Of a DNA stretch of 64,000 nt, positions 52,190-64,000 are shown piece after piece. Source of the stretch: Adineta vaga. Its lineage: Eukaryota; Animalia; Rotifera. A program made the translations under genes and the position numbers. Each line of letters starts with the position of its first letter. Within the stretch, counting starts at the first letter, position 1. Location of the stretch: positions 15,686,001 to 15,750,000 of the forward strand of contig CP075495.1 of NCBI GenBank assembly GCA_021613535.1. The letters run 5' to 3'. A model generated the notes under the pieces. That model saw only the letters and a list, made by a program, of their open reading frames with translations, had not been told where the DNA came from and searched no databases.

Positions 52190-54072
52190 ATGCAACAACT
52201 AAAACGTCAACGAGGCGATAGTTTTGGTAATTTTCATGAAATGAATGATCGAAAAAAAATCATAATGAAAACAAAGAGTGTGTAAGTAAAATAAATAAAC
52301 TTAATTTTATTTGAATTCTCGTTGAATCTTTTAGTATTAGACAATTTGAAGATCTTCCAAATGAACTTATTTATGAAATATTTGATTATCTTGAATATTA
52401 TCATATTTATGAAAGTTTTTCCAATCTTAATGATCGATTTCGTTTTCTTCTTATGGAATCAACTCTTCTACCAAAAATTAATATTTCTTTAATATCAAAA
52501 ACAACATTCAATCGTCATAATAAAGATATAATTATACCTAATAGACATCGAATTGGTGTTCTTAGAATATCGAATTATTTTATGTTTGATGAAAATACAT
52601 TTATCTTCTCACAATATCAATCTCTTCGAACACTTATCATTGAAAAAATCAAATTAATACATCTAATAGATGTTCTTCATCAATTAACTTCATTACCAAA
52701 TCTTTCTTCATTAAATATTTCATTTGTTTTCATTGCGATATTGTAAATTATCATTGAGAAGAATGATTTTTGACGATGATATAATACCATTAATTATCAA
52801 TAAATATAGTTCAATAGAACGTTTAATTATCGATCATCGAATAGGATTTTATGAATTAATTACATTATTATCATATTTTCCATGTCTTCGTTCTATTTCG
52901 ACAACATATTTATGGCATGAGCAGAATCTGATATTAAAATCATCTTGTCCTATTTTAAATCATTTAACACATGCATATTTGAAATTATTGTCTGGTGTAA
53001 CATTCAATAATTTAGAACAGTTCTTAATCAACTGTTGTCCTTCTCTTCAAATGTTACGTATTTCTGGTGATGAAGAATTTCTAAATGCTAACAGATGGCA
53101 ACAATTAATATCTTCGTTTTTAGTACATTTACAAACTTTTGATATTCAGTGTAAAATACGTCCACAAAACGATATTACTCATCGAAAACAAATTGAAGAA
53201 CAGATGGATCTTTTTAATTCATCATTTTGGTCTGAACGACAATGGTTTTTTGAATGTCGTGTTTATTCACAAAGAAATTATTATCAAACAATCTTCTGTT
53301 CAACAAATCCATTTAGGTAATTAATAAGAGCATTTTTAATACCATTATATATTTAGGAATTTTTTTTATTTTAGACGAAAAACTTACAGATTATGTAAAC
53401 AATGGGATAAAATAATTCATAAAAATAATTTTCAAACAATTTTCAATTCAGTCGACCATGTCATAGTGAAAAGTAAAGCGGCAATTAATGAATATATGTA
53501 TTATTTTCCATACACTACAACACTCACACTAAATCGTAATATTTTTGTTATTGAAAAAGAGATTGAAATTAGTCTTATTTGTGTTATACCTTTGAAAAAA
53601 ATTAAGACTTTAATAATGGATTGTAATCATTTATGTCCTTTGGTAATGTGTCAATTATTATCTCATATGCCCAATCTTCATACATTAGTATTTCGAGGAA
53701 TATCATTTTACAAACGAAACAGAATATTTATTGAACAAAATGAATTATTTCGATCAACATCTAAAACAAATTTAATTAAAAATCTTAATATTGATGAAAG
53801 TTGTAGATTAGAGGACCTAGAATTTATTCTTAAATTATTTCCTCATTTTGCAATATCTTGAAATATACACAGAACTATATGACATGGAATTAATATTACA
53901 AAATCTATTGGATAAAAATAATACGAATACTGATCATTTGATCTTATTATGTTTTCTAAGGACAAATAAATTTTATTATCGCAAATTGATACAATTAATT
54001 AGATTAAAAATTCTGCCACGTAAATGTAAAACAATTCTTAATGAACGTAATAAAAAGTTATATGTGTGGTGA
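52190..54072 (+). pseudogene. F-box/LRR-like gene with two frameshifts
   Basis: FEDLPNELIYEIFDYL F-box; collinear with 60719-62516 but with a frameshifting deletion near 52722 and an extra T near 53847. Confidence 0.8.
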
Positions 54073-54999
54073 TAATGTTCATGTTCAACTTGTATGAGAA
54101 ACAATGTTTGTTTTTGAATATTTCTTTTTATTATGAGTAAACGAGCTGTTTCGAAGAACGTTTGTTGAACATCTGATTTGCCTCTTTTTTTAGTTTGTAA
54201 ATGACATTTTCTTAATCAAACAATTTATTTTAAAAGTATCCATACCACAAGAACTGATACTTCTGTGTTATTACGACGATTAGAAATAATATCACTAATT
54301 ATTTTACTCATCGCGATGTCTGTATATCAGCTTCTAGGAGCTATATTTATTTTTTATTTTTTTGAATAAAAAAATTCACTAAATTTCAATACTTTTAAAC
54401 TGCGATTTTGTCACGCATGGACAGGTCATATTTACAAAGAATTTTTACCACGATCATGAAGAACCATTTGCATTTGCGATCCTTCAGCTAATTTAAGTTG
54501 AAATCTGAACATTCAGAATGGACAATCTAAAGAATATCTACTACTTGTCTCATCGAATCCGCATTCGCCTATTGTGACTTTCTTTGCAGTTTTCAGATTC
54601 CATTAGGTTGCCATTATCGATGCATCTGAAATAATGATGTCGTAATTTATGAGCTAACACTGATATTTATGATGGTTATCAATTGAAAAAAAAAGGATTT
54701 TTCGACCGCGAGGAAGTTGCACACTAAATCATCTTCATCACAATCATAGTTGAAAAATAAATTAACATGGCAATATTCAGCATATATAATGGTAATTTTA
54801 ATGGCAAATGATATTTCTTTTTACATGAACATATGTTGTAATAACTGCTCCAACTATTCACACATTGATTGAAGGATTTGTCGTTTAATAACACCACTAA
54901 ATAGGATTAATATGAACAACTGATGTTTCGAATATTATTTTGAGTAAGTATGAATAGGAAGTTTTGTAAGTATCTATTGAACTTAATAACAATAGTTGA

Positions 55000-57230
55000 T
55001 TTGTATCATATAAAATAGAATCTGTTGCTTAGAACTATATAGTACTGATCTTTGTAGTAGTTCTCTCTTGCTTTTCGAGTTTATATTCTATTGCGCCTTC
55101 TCCTTCGTTTATTTCTAATCTTCGCATCAAGTATACGACATTGTGAAAACTAAATGACAAACTACAGACAGCTAAGTGTGATGTAGCGAGTTTCTTAGAT
55201 GTTGTTTAAACTATAATATAAGATCTAATCTTCGTTAATATACGTTTGTGGAAGCTAGGTTTATAAGAATATTAGAAAAATATACGACTTTTCTACGTAA
55301 TTATCTTATTCGTAAATTCGAAACTAGACAGAAACAATCGAGAGAGCCAGAAAAGCGTCGCTCAAGTTTAGATTATAGTAATGTAAGTTAAATTACAAAG
55401 ATTAGATGGAGGTCCATTTGGACAAAATTATGAAGAAATGAAACATAAACTAATTCAAAATATATCATCATGTACAGTTTCAGAAATAGAAGAAAGATTA
55501 TTATGTAGTGGTTGAGATTTTTGTATAGAGAATAAGATTAAGAATTTTCTATAGTTTGAAACAGACTAAGAACTACGGAATGCTTCGCAACAACTGATGA
55601 AAGTATCTAAACATAAGAAAACAAATAATCTGTGTGATGAAGAATCAGCTGCTTTAAAATCATTAAAATGTAATAATAGTATAGTTATATTAGATCGCGA
55701 AGGATACATGAAAAAGAGCAATTTGAGCAATTAAATATCGATAAATTTCATTTTAAACGAGAAGAAGAATTAAATAAATATATTTTATCATTGTACAAAG
55801 ATAATGTAATAGATAGCACAGTTCGTCATAATCTAAAATCAACATGTCAGTTTCTTATGGACTTACGATTACGACCGATTATATCAACCATCGAAATACT
55901 TAGCTAAAGCTATAGGAGATGCTCGTTTACAAACTTCATTATATATCAAAGAGATAATACTTGATGAGAATAAATCATACGTAAAATGTAGTTTTTATGT
56001 AGAAAGTCTGTGTACGAATGTGCCAGTTAAAGTAGCAATAGAAAGCATCTAGATTATATGTGCTAACATAGGAAAATAACAGACGCACCTTTCAGATATC
56101 ATAATACGGCTTATAAACAGATAGACGGAGTTGTCATCAATAATCCTCTAGCACCTAGATTAGTCAATTTATAGATGCTGAAAATGTAAGAAACATTAAA
56201 TAGAATTCGTAAAAATAGACTCATAGTCCGATTAATATATTTAGATGACATTCTTGTCTAATAAACAAATGACATGAGACTTTTAATTTTACGCTTGGAC
56301 GTGAGTCAGATAATTCTATTTCATTTCTTTATGTTCTTGTAACTCAAAGATGAAAAAGATAACTAGCCACATCATTGTATCGTAAGCCAATTTATATAGG
56401 ATTGTGCGTGTTCTAGGATAGTAATCATAAAATCGTCGCTAGAAGTTAGATCTAATAAGAACATTACTAATACGTTTCCATAGAATCTGTTCGAAACAAT
56501 CAATAATGAAAGATGAGTTATATTTAAGACAAGAGGCATTAAATGATGATGCATATCTGCCACATATAATTCGAAGAGATATAGCTGAAGGAGAAATAAT
56601 TCAGACAAGACTCACCCATTTGTACGTCAAAAATTAAGAAATATTGTAGAAAACCAATCCCTAATGTAGATATTCAATTCGCATTCAAGGAAAACATGAG
56701 TTTAAAAAGCGTTTTCTGACCTACACCAAAAGAAACAGATTAGAATAAGAACTTAGTACATTCTATCCCCTGTTTAGATTGCAATAAAGTTTATATAGGT
56801 GAAACTAGTCGTACGAAAGAAAGTCGAATGAAAGAACATAAAGCGAATATTAGAACTCTATATCGACTAAATCTAAATTAGTAGAACACATTATGACACA
56901 AAAACATCAGTTTGACTTTTCGAATATTCAAGCACTAGCGTTAGAAAGCGTCTGGAAAAAACGAGTAATCCAAGACAATATTCTATCCAGTAGAACTTTA
57001 GGGAAATCGATCAACCAACAAAAAGATACAATTCAAGTAGTTATATCGATAACATCCATAGCTAAAAATAGAGAAGATTAAGAGAAATACCATTTCAACA
57101 TAAATCATTAAAATTCATTAAGTCAGTCCCCGTCTTTTTATTATAGTCTTATTTATTGTTTATATGTTGTGAGAAGTGTTCCACACCTTAAGATTAGGGT
57201 CGACACCCTCTACATAGTTATAAATAAGTT
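55000..57230 (+). mobile_element. Decayed Penelope-like retroelement (RT + GIY-YIG endonuclease)
   Basis: Ordered motif relics: VILDR, LRPIIST (about 55870), SFYVESLCTNVP (about 55990), YKQIDGV..NPLAP (about 56112), YLDDI (about 56238), IPCLDCNKVYIGETSR..RMKEH (about 56765); many stops and frameshifts; boundaries approximate. Confidence 0.85.
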
Positions 57231-60200
57231 ATTAGCATATGATTCGATTGTATTCCTTTAATTAGTCTACCTATTCTTGTTTATATCTTTAATAGAATTC
57301 AGTCTTACTTATCTTATCAGTCTTGTTTATATTTTCCAATAATAATTCAGTCTCATTCATCTTACATTTACCAAATAAAAATAAAAATAAAAATAACACT
57401 AATAACAACCCAGGTGTATGAAAACGGCGATCGTAATCAAGAATTATAAATTACGGTCAAATACGGTCAAAATTAAAGCATTACGTTACCATTTTCGATC
57501 GCTGGAATGATCGTCCTGAGAACAAAAGCAATATCTATACACCACGAAAAACACGTTAAACATCAACAACAATAATCCATATTTTTTTTGTTTATATCTC
57601 CTTAGATTTATGTAAAATTAATTTTCATTTCATTTAATAAATATTCATAAGATCATTCCTGATGTTGTGTTCAGTTTAAACACGAAAGCTCGAATCTCTC
57701 GTCTTTTATTCCTGTCGATTATGTTTCTGTCCTGTGATTTTCGTTAGACTTTTTCGATGACCTTTTGTTACGCAATATTATGTCCGTATATTATTACGTC
57801 ATTATATTGCGTCGTTGTTTTTCTCTTGTTGTTTCAATTACACCTTATCTATTTTCACTGTTTCATCTTTTTCTTTTTTGTGGCTTTTTTCATTGCCTAT
57901 TTATTGATTTCAACAATCGCATCATTTATCATTACGGTAGGATATTTTATTTTATTGCGTGAGTTCTCTTTCATTAGAATAGATCCTGTTCCTGTTGTTT
58001 GGCCTTCTTTGTTTCGAAGGTTACAGTCAGAGTCATCACACATTATAGAGAACCTCACGAATAGTTTAGAAGTCAAAGAAAAAGTTTAATCCTCAAATCG
58101 AGTTAACGATCTCCACACTACTCAGATGTTAAATCAGCATTTGAACCTTTATAATCATTAGATGAATCTTTAGGTGCTGCACCATCATCTCCACCAGGAA
58201 CATCTACATTTGCATCAACCTCTGTATCGGGTAAATAATCGTGTAAAAATTTATAATCATCATCTGAATCACCAAGGAATTAGGCAGAGCATCATCAGAA
58301 CCATTAGAAGCTAAATCAGCATCGGAAATATCATTCAGTGAATCAAATAATACAGAAGATATGACGATACAATCACACGATCCAATAAATATTTCTGTCC
58401 AGTCATTACAATAGTTATTAAGAAGACATAATCCAAATAAAGTAGCAATATTTAAGTTTGGTGCAGCTACAAATTTAATCATGGATTATATAAAAAAATT
58501 GATGCAGAAACAAAATTAGATGGAACTGTTGATTGTAATTTAATTGACGTTGAATAGATCGATGGTATGATATTTACATCAGGTGGTGACTCTGGATTAT
58601 TGTATTTTGTTCCTGTTGCTAGGCATGTTGGGTCGAGAGAAAAGAAGTCATATAGTATCACAATATCGTTTATATTTCGAGAACTGTTCGATAAACAATA
58701 TATACATTTTTAATTTGCAGTTCAACTGATTGTAATGAGAATTAGTTTTTCTTTTCTTTGCATAAAAAATATGTTGAACGAATATCGTTAATTTGCTGTT
58801 TGAACTTATATAAACTTTGCATTATCTACTTCTAGATTTATGCTATTGGAGACTGTTGATTTTATGAGAATAGAATAATACCATATATTGGTGTTACTTT
58901 CACAGAACAAAAAGAGATATCCTTCAACTATAAATCTAATGAACAAGTTTTATAAATGCTGATAAAATAATTGTTTAAGAAAGATCATTTGAAACTTTTA
59001 ATGACATAGGTGACATTGTATTTTTCTTTTCTGCAGTCAGAAAAGACAAGTTTCATCTTTCAACAACAGAGTAGCAAGAAGGAAGAATAGCACAATCGTT
59101 TATTATGACTATGTATTTGAAAGTAAGTTTTTCTCTTTCAATTGTATTATTTTAGGTTGTTCATACGATGAATTAATGATCATTGATTTAAAATGTATTG
59201 TACAATCCATACCCATTGTTGATTATTCATACAATTTAAAAGCTACTATAATCGAGGATCACTTGAATATATTAGACATTTCCTTATGATTACATTTTTT
59301 AGTCAATATAAGGAAAAGATCACAAACAGAACTGTTATAAATAAAAAGAGTTTGAATATGAATGTATATGAAATAGATTTATTTATTTTCTTTCTAGAGT
59401 AGTTCTAGTATATACTGTATGAATTGATATCGAAAGAAAAAGATTGTTGATCATAAACCGAATGGAAGTAAATAGAAAAAAAGTATTTTTGTCGGTTTTT
59501 TTATTATTAAAAAGAATCAACTAATGGATGATTTATTAAACATATAAAAAGAAAGAATGAATCGTGAACAAATTAGATTTCACATATATATTGGTAAAAT
59601 ATTGAGACTTGAATTATATTTTTGTCAATTTTCGGTATATTGTCTCTATTTCTAAGTGTCTATAACTGTGTTGTTTTTTAAGTACGTATATTTATTTTCC
59701 ATCACTAATTTATAATAAATTTTCAATAGCTGATATTTGCGAAATAATATTCTGGTTTGTCCAATTTTTAATAATTTATTATATAAATCTAATTGATTTT
59801 CGTAGAAGAATTTTCAATACAGTTATTAAACCAGCTTAGAATTCAAATTATAGAAAATTTTTCTTGATGAAAAATCTTTTTTTATTCAATAATAACGAAC
59901 AAACACTTTCTGATCGAATTTTTGTATAATAAGAATAAATATCTTTTTTCTATTAGAAATTTCATAGTAATCAACAGTTTCAATTGAATATTCTCATTGA
60001 TTCTTTGAAGAAAACAATACTTTCGACTTAAGGAGAATGTGCTGTAGATAAAATATGGTCCCATTCTCATCCACTTTCACATGACAATCAATTTTTCTTC
60101 TATTGTTTATTCGTTGATTTGAAATAAAAACTTTAGTTATTCCTAAACTATAATCATCAATATATAAAGTAAAAGAATTTCGACATCGCCACATATAAAA

Positions 60201-60718
60201 CGTACGTGATATTCTTTAAACAATTGACTATTTTATCATGCATAGATCTTATGATGGCTTCCTTTCTCTCTCGAAATTTAATGTTTAATAAACAGATATA
60301 TTCTTTTGTCCAATTATAAAATTATTTTCGTGCATAATTATCAAAAGAATTGATTTACATCATTATTAGTTAAATTAAATATTCAATTCATGTAGTTAGA
60401 TCAATTCAACAAATACATCTATGATAAATAACACGAAATATTATTTAATTAATATTATTGAAGAGAAAAAAAAGCACGAGTTTAAATATTCGAATTTTGT
60501 CTAGAACACATATTTGATACTTCCTATCTTTTCTTCTTCTTCCTTTTCTATTCATCAAAAGTTTTACTGCAGAAAATATAAATACAAATTAGTTAACGAT
60601 GATGAATTAAAGTTTCTATTGAATTATAAAAAAAAACGAAAATAAATCTTCCTAATAATCAATTCTATGTCTTGTCAATCATTAAAATCTTTATTCAAAA
60701 ACAAATCTTGTCTTTTAA

Positions 60719-62516
60719 TCACCACCATATATATAAATTTAAACGTTGATCATCAAAAATGGTTTTACAATCTCTTGGTAAAAGTTTTGATTTAATTAAT
60801 TTACTAACATAATGTGATTCTTTTCCATCACAACTAAAACATAATAATTTTAAATGACGAGTATTTATATTATTTTTATCTAATAAATATTGTAAAATTA
60901 ATTGTATCTGTGATAATTCTGTTGATGTTTTAATATATTGTAAATGAGGAAATAATTTAATTATTAATTCAATATTTTGTAATGTACATTTACCATATCC
61001 ATCAAGTGATATCGATTGAAATCTTATTGTATGAACATTCGACATATATGATAATAATTCACACATTTTTAAAAGACATAAATGATCACATAGAATTTCA
61101 AGAATTTTAATTTGTTTTAAAAATAAAATATGACGAAGATTATTGATAATTATCATATCATTTATAGAAATTTTATGTTCTAAAGTTAATTTAATAATAT
61201 TTGGAAAATAATAAATATTTTTATCAATTGAATTTAAATTTGTAATTTCAATATGTTTAACAGAATTGAAATTTATTTGAGAATTATTTAAATTAATTCT
61301 TTTATTTAATTGTTTACATAAACGATATTTTTTTCTTCTAAAATAAATTTAAAAAAGAAATCTTTTAATCATTATTTGATTATTATAATTACCTAAATGG
61401 ATTTATTGAATAAAAGATTAAGTTATGTTGATATTTTGTTGAATAAGTACAAAATTGAAAAAACCATTGTCGTTTAGTCCAAAATAAAGAATTCAAAAGT
61501 TTTATTTCTTGTTTAATTAGTATATCGGTAGGTAAACATATTCTACATTTAATATCGAAAATTTCTAATTTTGGTAAAGATAAAGATAGGAATTTTTCCC
61601 ATCTATTAGCTTTGAGAAATTCTTTATCGTCAGAAAGACGTAAGAATTGAATAGAAGAACAATAATTAATTAAGAATAGTTCTAAATCATTAAATGTTAC
61701 ACTACCATATAATTTAAAAGATACATGTGTTAACTGATTTCGAATAGGATAAGGAGATTTTAATATAAAATTCGTTTTATTCCATATACATGTTGAAAGA
61801 TGTTGAAGATTAGGAAGATATAATAATAATGTACTTAATTCATTAAATCCTAATCCATGATCGATAATTAAATATTCAATTGAACTATATTGATTTAAAG
61901 TTAATGGTAAGATTTTTCTCGGAAATTTTCTTGATAATGATAATTTACAATATCGTAATGAAGTTAAACGAAATATTTGTTTATAAATAAAATCAATATT
62001 TTCAATTGCATTTATAGTTGAAAGATTTAATGAAGAAAGATTTGGTAAGAAAATTAATTGTTCAATTATATCTTTTATTTCTATTGATCTAATAGTTTCA
62101 ATAATAAGTGTTTGAAGTGATGTCATTTGTGAAAAGATAAATGTATTTTTATCGAACATAAAATAATTTGAAATTCGAAAAATATCAATTCGTTGTTTAT
62201 TTGGTTGAATTATATCTTCATTATAACAATTGAATGTTGTTTCAGACATTAAAAATAAATTGATTGTTAATGGAAAAGTTGATTTGATAAGAAAAGAACG
62301 AAATCGATAATTAAGATTGAAGAAACGTTCATAAATATGATAAAAATTAAGATAATCAAATATTTCATAGATAAGTTCATTGGCAAGATGTTCGAATTGT
62401 GTAATACTAAAAGATTTTATTAGCTCATTTGTTGTTAATGTTAAGAATCGTTTTCGATCATTTGTTTCATGAAAATTATCAAAACTTTTACTTCGTTGAC
62501 GTTTCTTTTGTTCCAT
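60719..62516 (-). CDS. F-box/LRR-like protein, 2 exons, intact
   Basis: FEHLANELIYEIFDYL F-box followed by degenerate LRRs; intron 61392-61338 joins in frame through to YIWW*. Confidence 0.85.
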
Positions 62517-63269
62517 TGAAAATGATCGAAAATATTTGAATGAAAATTAAGATTTAGAAAAGAAAAGAAAAGAAAAGAAATCATCCACGTTTTATCTGTT
62601 CACGTCTGTGATAGTTTTAGAGAGAGTGAAAAGAAAATATTTTATATTCTTCGTCGATGAATCATTTACAGTTCATAAAAATCATTAGTTATTTCTAATA
62701 AGACCAATCGAATTAAAATAAATCGACATTTGAAATCATCAAGATAATCAATATGGAACAATTTTGTTCATTCAATATAAAACTTTGTATTCTTTTTATT
62801 TCTCCTTTCTAAAAATTTGTCTTGATTTTATTTGAACGAGAGACAATGTATATTCATTAATTATAAGAAGATTTAATCATATGAAAACATAGTTTTCTAA
62901 TCCACCGGTAAAATTTCAGTTAGTTGTTACAATAAGCTTTATGAACGTTGTTTTCTATATGTATACATTGTATTACAGTCTTAGACGCACCTATGAAATC
63001 TGATAGGAATCAACATCGAACTGCTGATCGACTTCGAAATGAATCAAGTGAATCTATTTGAAGTGATGTTAATTGACGAATGTTTTGATACTTTTTTAAA
63101 GTTAAGTTTAATATCAATATTGAACAAAAAAAAGAATAGGAAGAGAATCGTTTAATGTTTAATAAAAATACTCTTTACAGATCTTTTTTTCTCATCACTT
63201 TTGATCGAGATTCTTCTTTGTTACTATGTTGATTTTTGTTTTGCTTTTCTATCTTCATAAAGATCTTCA

Positions 63270-63560
63270 TGTCCAAGCTTCTGTTACTACTACTTTAATT
63301 CGTTGTGGTGTTTCAAATCCAGTGTTTTTACAAGTTGTTTGAACTTCTTTAAGAACTAAATCTATAAATGCATCATCATCAACTAGTTTTTGCCAATCTC
63401 TTTCTCCAAAATGATTTTCAGTAAAATTCTAAAAAGAAGAAAAAAAACGAAGAAATTAAACCTTTTCAATACTTATATCGACTTAGTTTTGCAGTTGGAT
63501 AAATCAATGCAACTGTGTATTCTGATGAAGCTGACGTACATAAACAATATAAAATTGATT
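63270..63560 (-). pseudogene. C-terminal fragment of a long-chain acyl-CoA synthetase (ACSL3/4-like)
   Basis: CLCTSASSEYTVALIYP ... DWQKLVDDDAFIDLVLKEVQTTCKNTGFETPQRIKVVVTEAWT* resembles the ACSL C-terminus (recalled as FEIPxKVRLxxEPWTP), truncated. Confidence 0.55.
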
Positions 63561-64000
63561 TCAATCTCATTGTTATTTGTAACATTATACAGATAAACAT
63601 ATTTCGTTTTTCATTTACTTATTTATCTTACAAATGAGTCGTTTAACTTCATTTCAACAGCACACGTTTTATATTGCTGAACGGTTTTTTTTCCCCTTAG
63701 CTATTCACTTTGATATGTATAGGAATAAATTGAAATTGTTTTCAAATTGACGAATAAAAAGATCGAGGAAATGTTGATTGTCGAGTGAAAGTGTGAATGA
63801 AATTTGGATCAAGTTTCATAAAAACTGAAGAAAAAAGTTTTATTGAGAAGAAGATCCTTAATAGTATAAAAAGAAAAAGAAAACATATATAGTTATAATA
63901 AAATACAGTTTAAAAGTGGAAGCAGGATACATGATTTTATTTGAAGAAAACAAAAGGAAAAGAAGAGAATTGTTCATGTTTAATAAAAATACTTTTTAAA

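Noticed and set aside
57700-58700. Possible minus-strand gene (fragments GTKYNNPESPPDVNIIP..., DVPGGDDGAAPKDSS)
   Set aside because: Codon-like but broken by stops and frameshifts, with no recognisable family.

Overview
AT-rich eukaryotic genomic DNA with short (about 50-60 nt) GT-AG introns. The gene content (expanded orphan GPCRs, F-box/LRR genes, a Penelope-like relic) suggests a bdelloid rotifer, but that is an inference. Ordinary genes: four rhodopsin-like GPCRs, tRNA-Phe(GAA), PGM2, a KH-domain gene, a nuclear receptor, ATP synthase subunit b, a divergent SDR + CYP3-clan pair, a septin-7-like gene and F-box/LRR paralogues. There are also several pseudogene fragments and nested DNA-transposon/MITE relics. 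The standout feature, missed by the ORF track, is the apparent 141-bp 'satellite' at 31.9-34.3 kb. On the minus strand it is an intact F-box gene followed by 17 tandem cassettes, each an 84-nt phase-0 exon (one 28-aa RI-like LRR) plus a near-identical 57-nt intron. Amino-acid variation is concentrated at the LxxLxLxxNx binding-face positions, and the units are recombinant mosaics, making this a candidate modular, diversifiable recognition receptor. A second, decayed cassette array (six 24-nt micro-exon-like units, 73-75 bp period) lies inside a 2.4-kb TIR element that has inserted with a 2-bp TSD into an F-box/LRR pseudogene. All coordinates and translations were read by eye.
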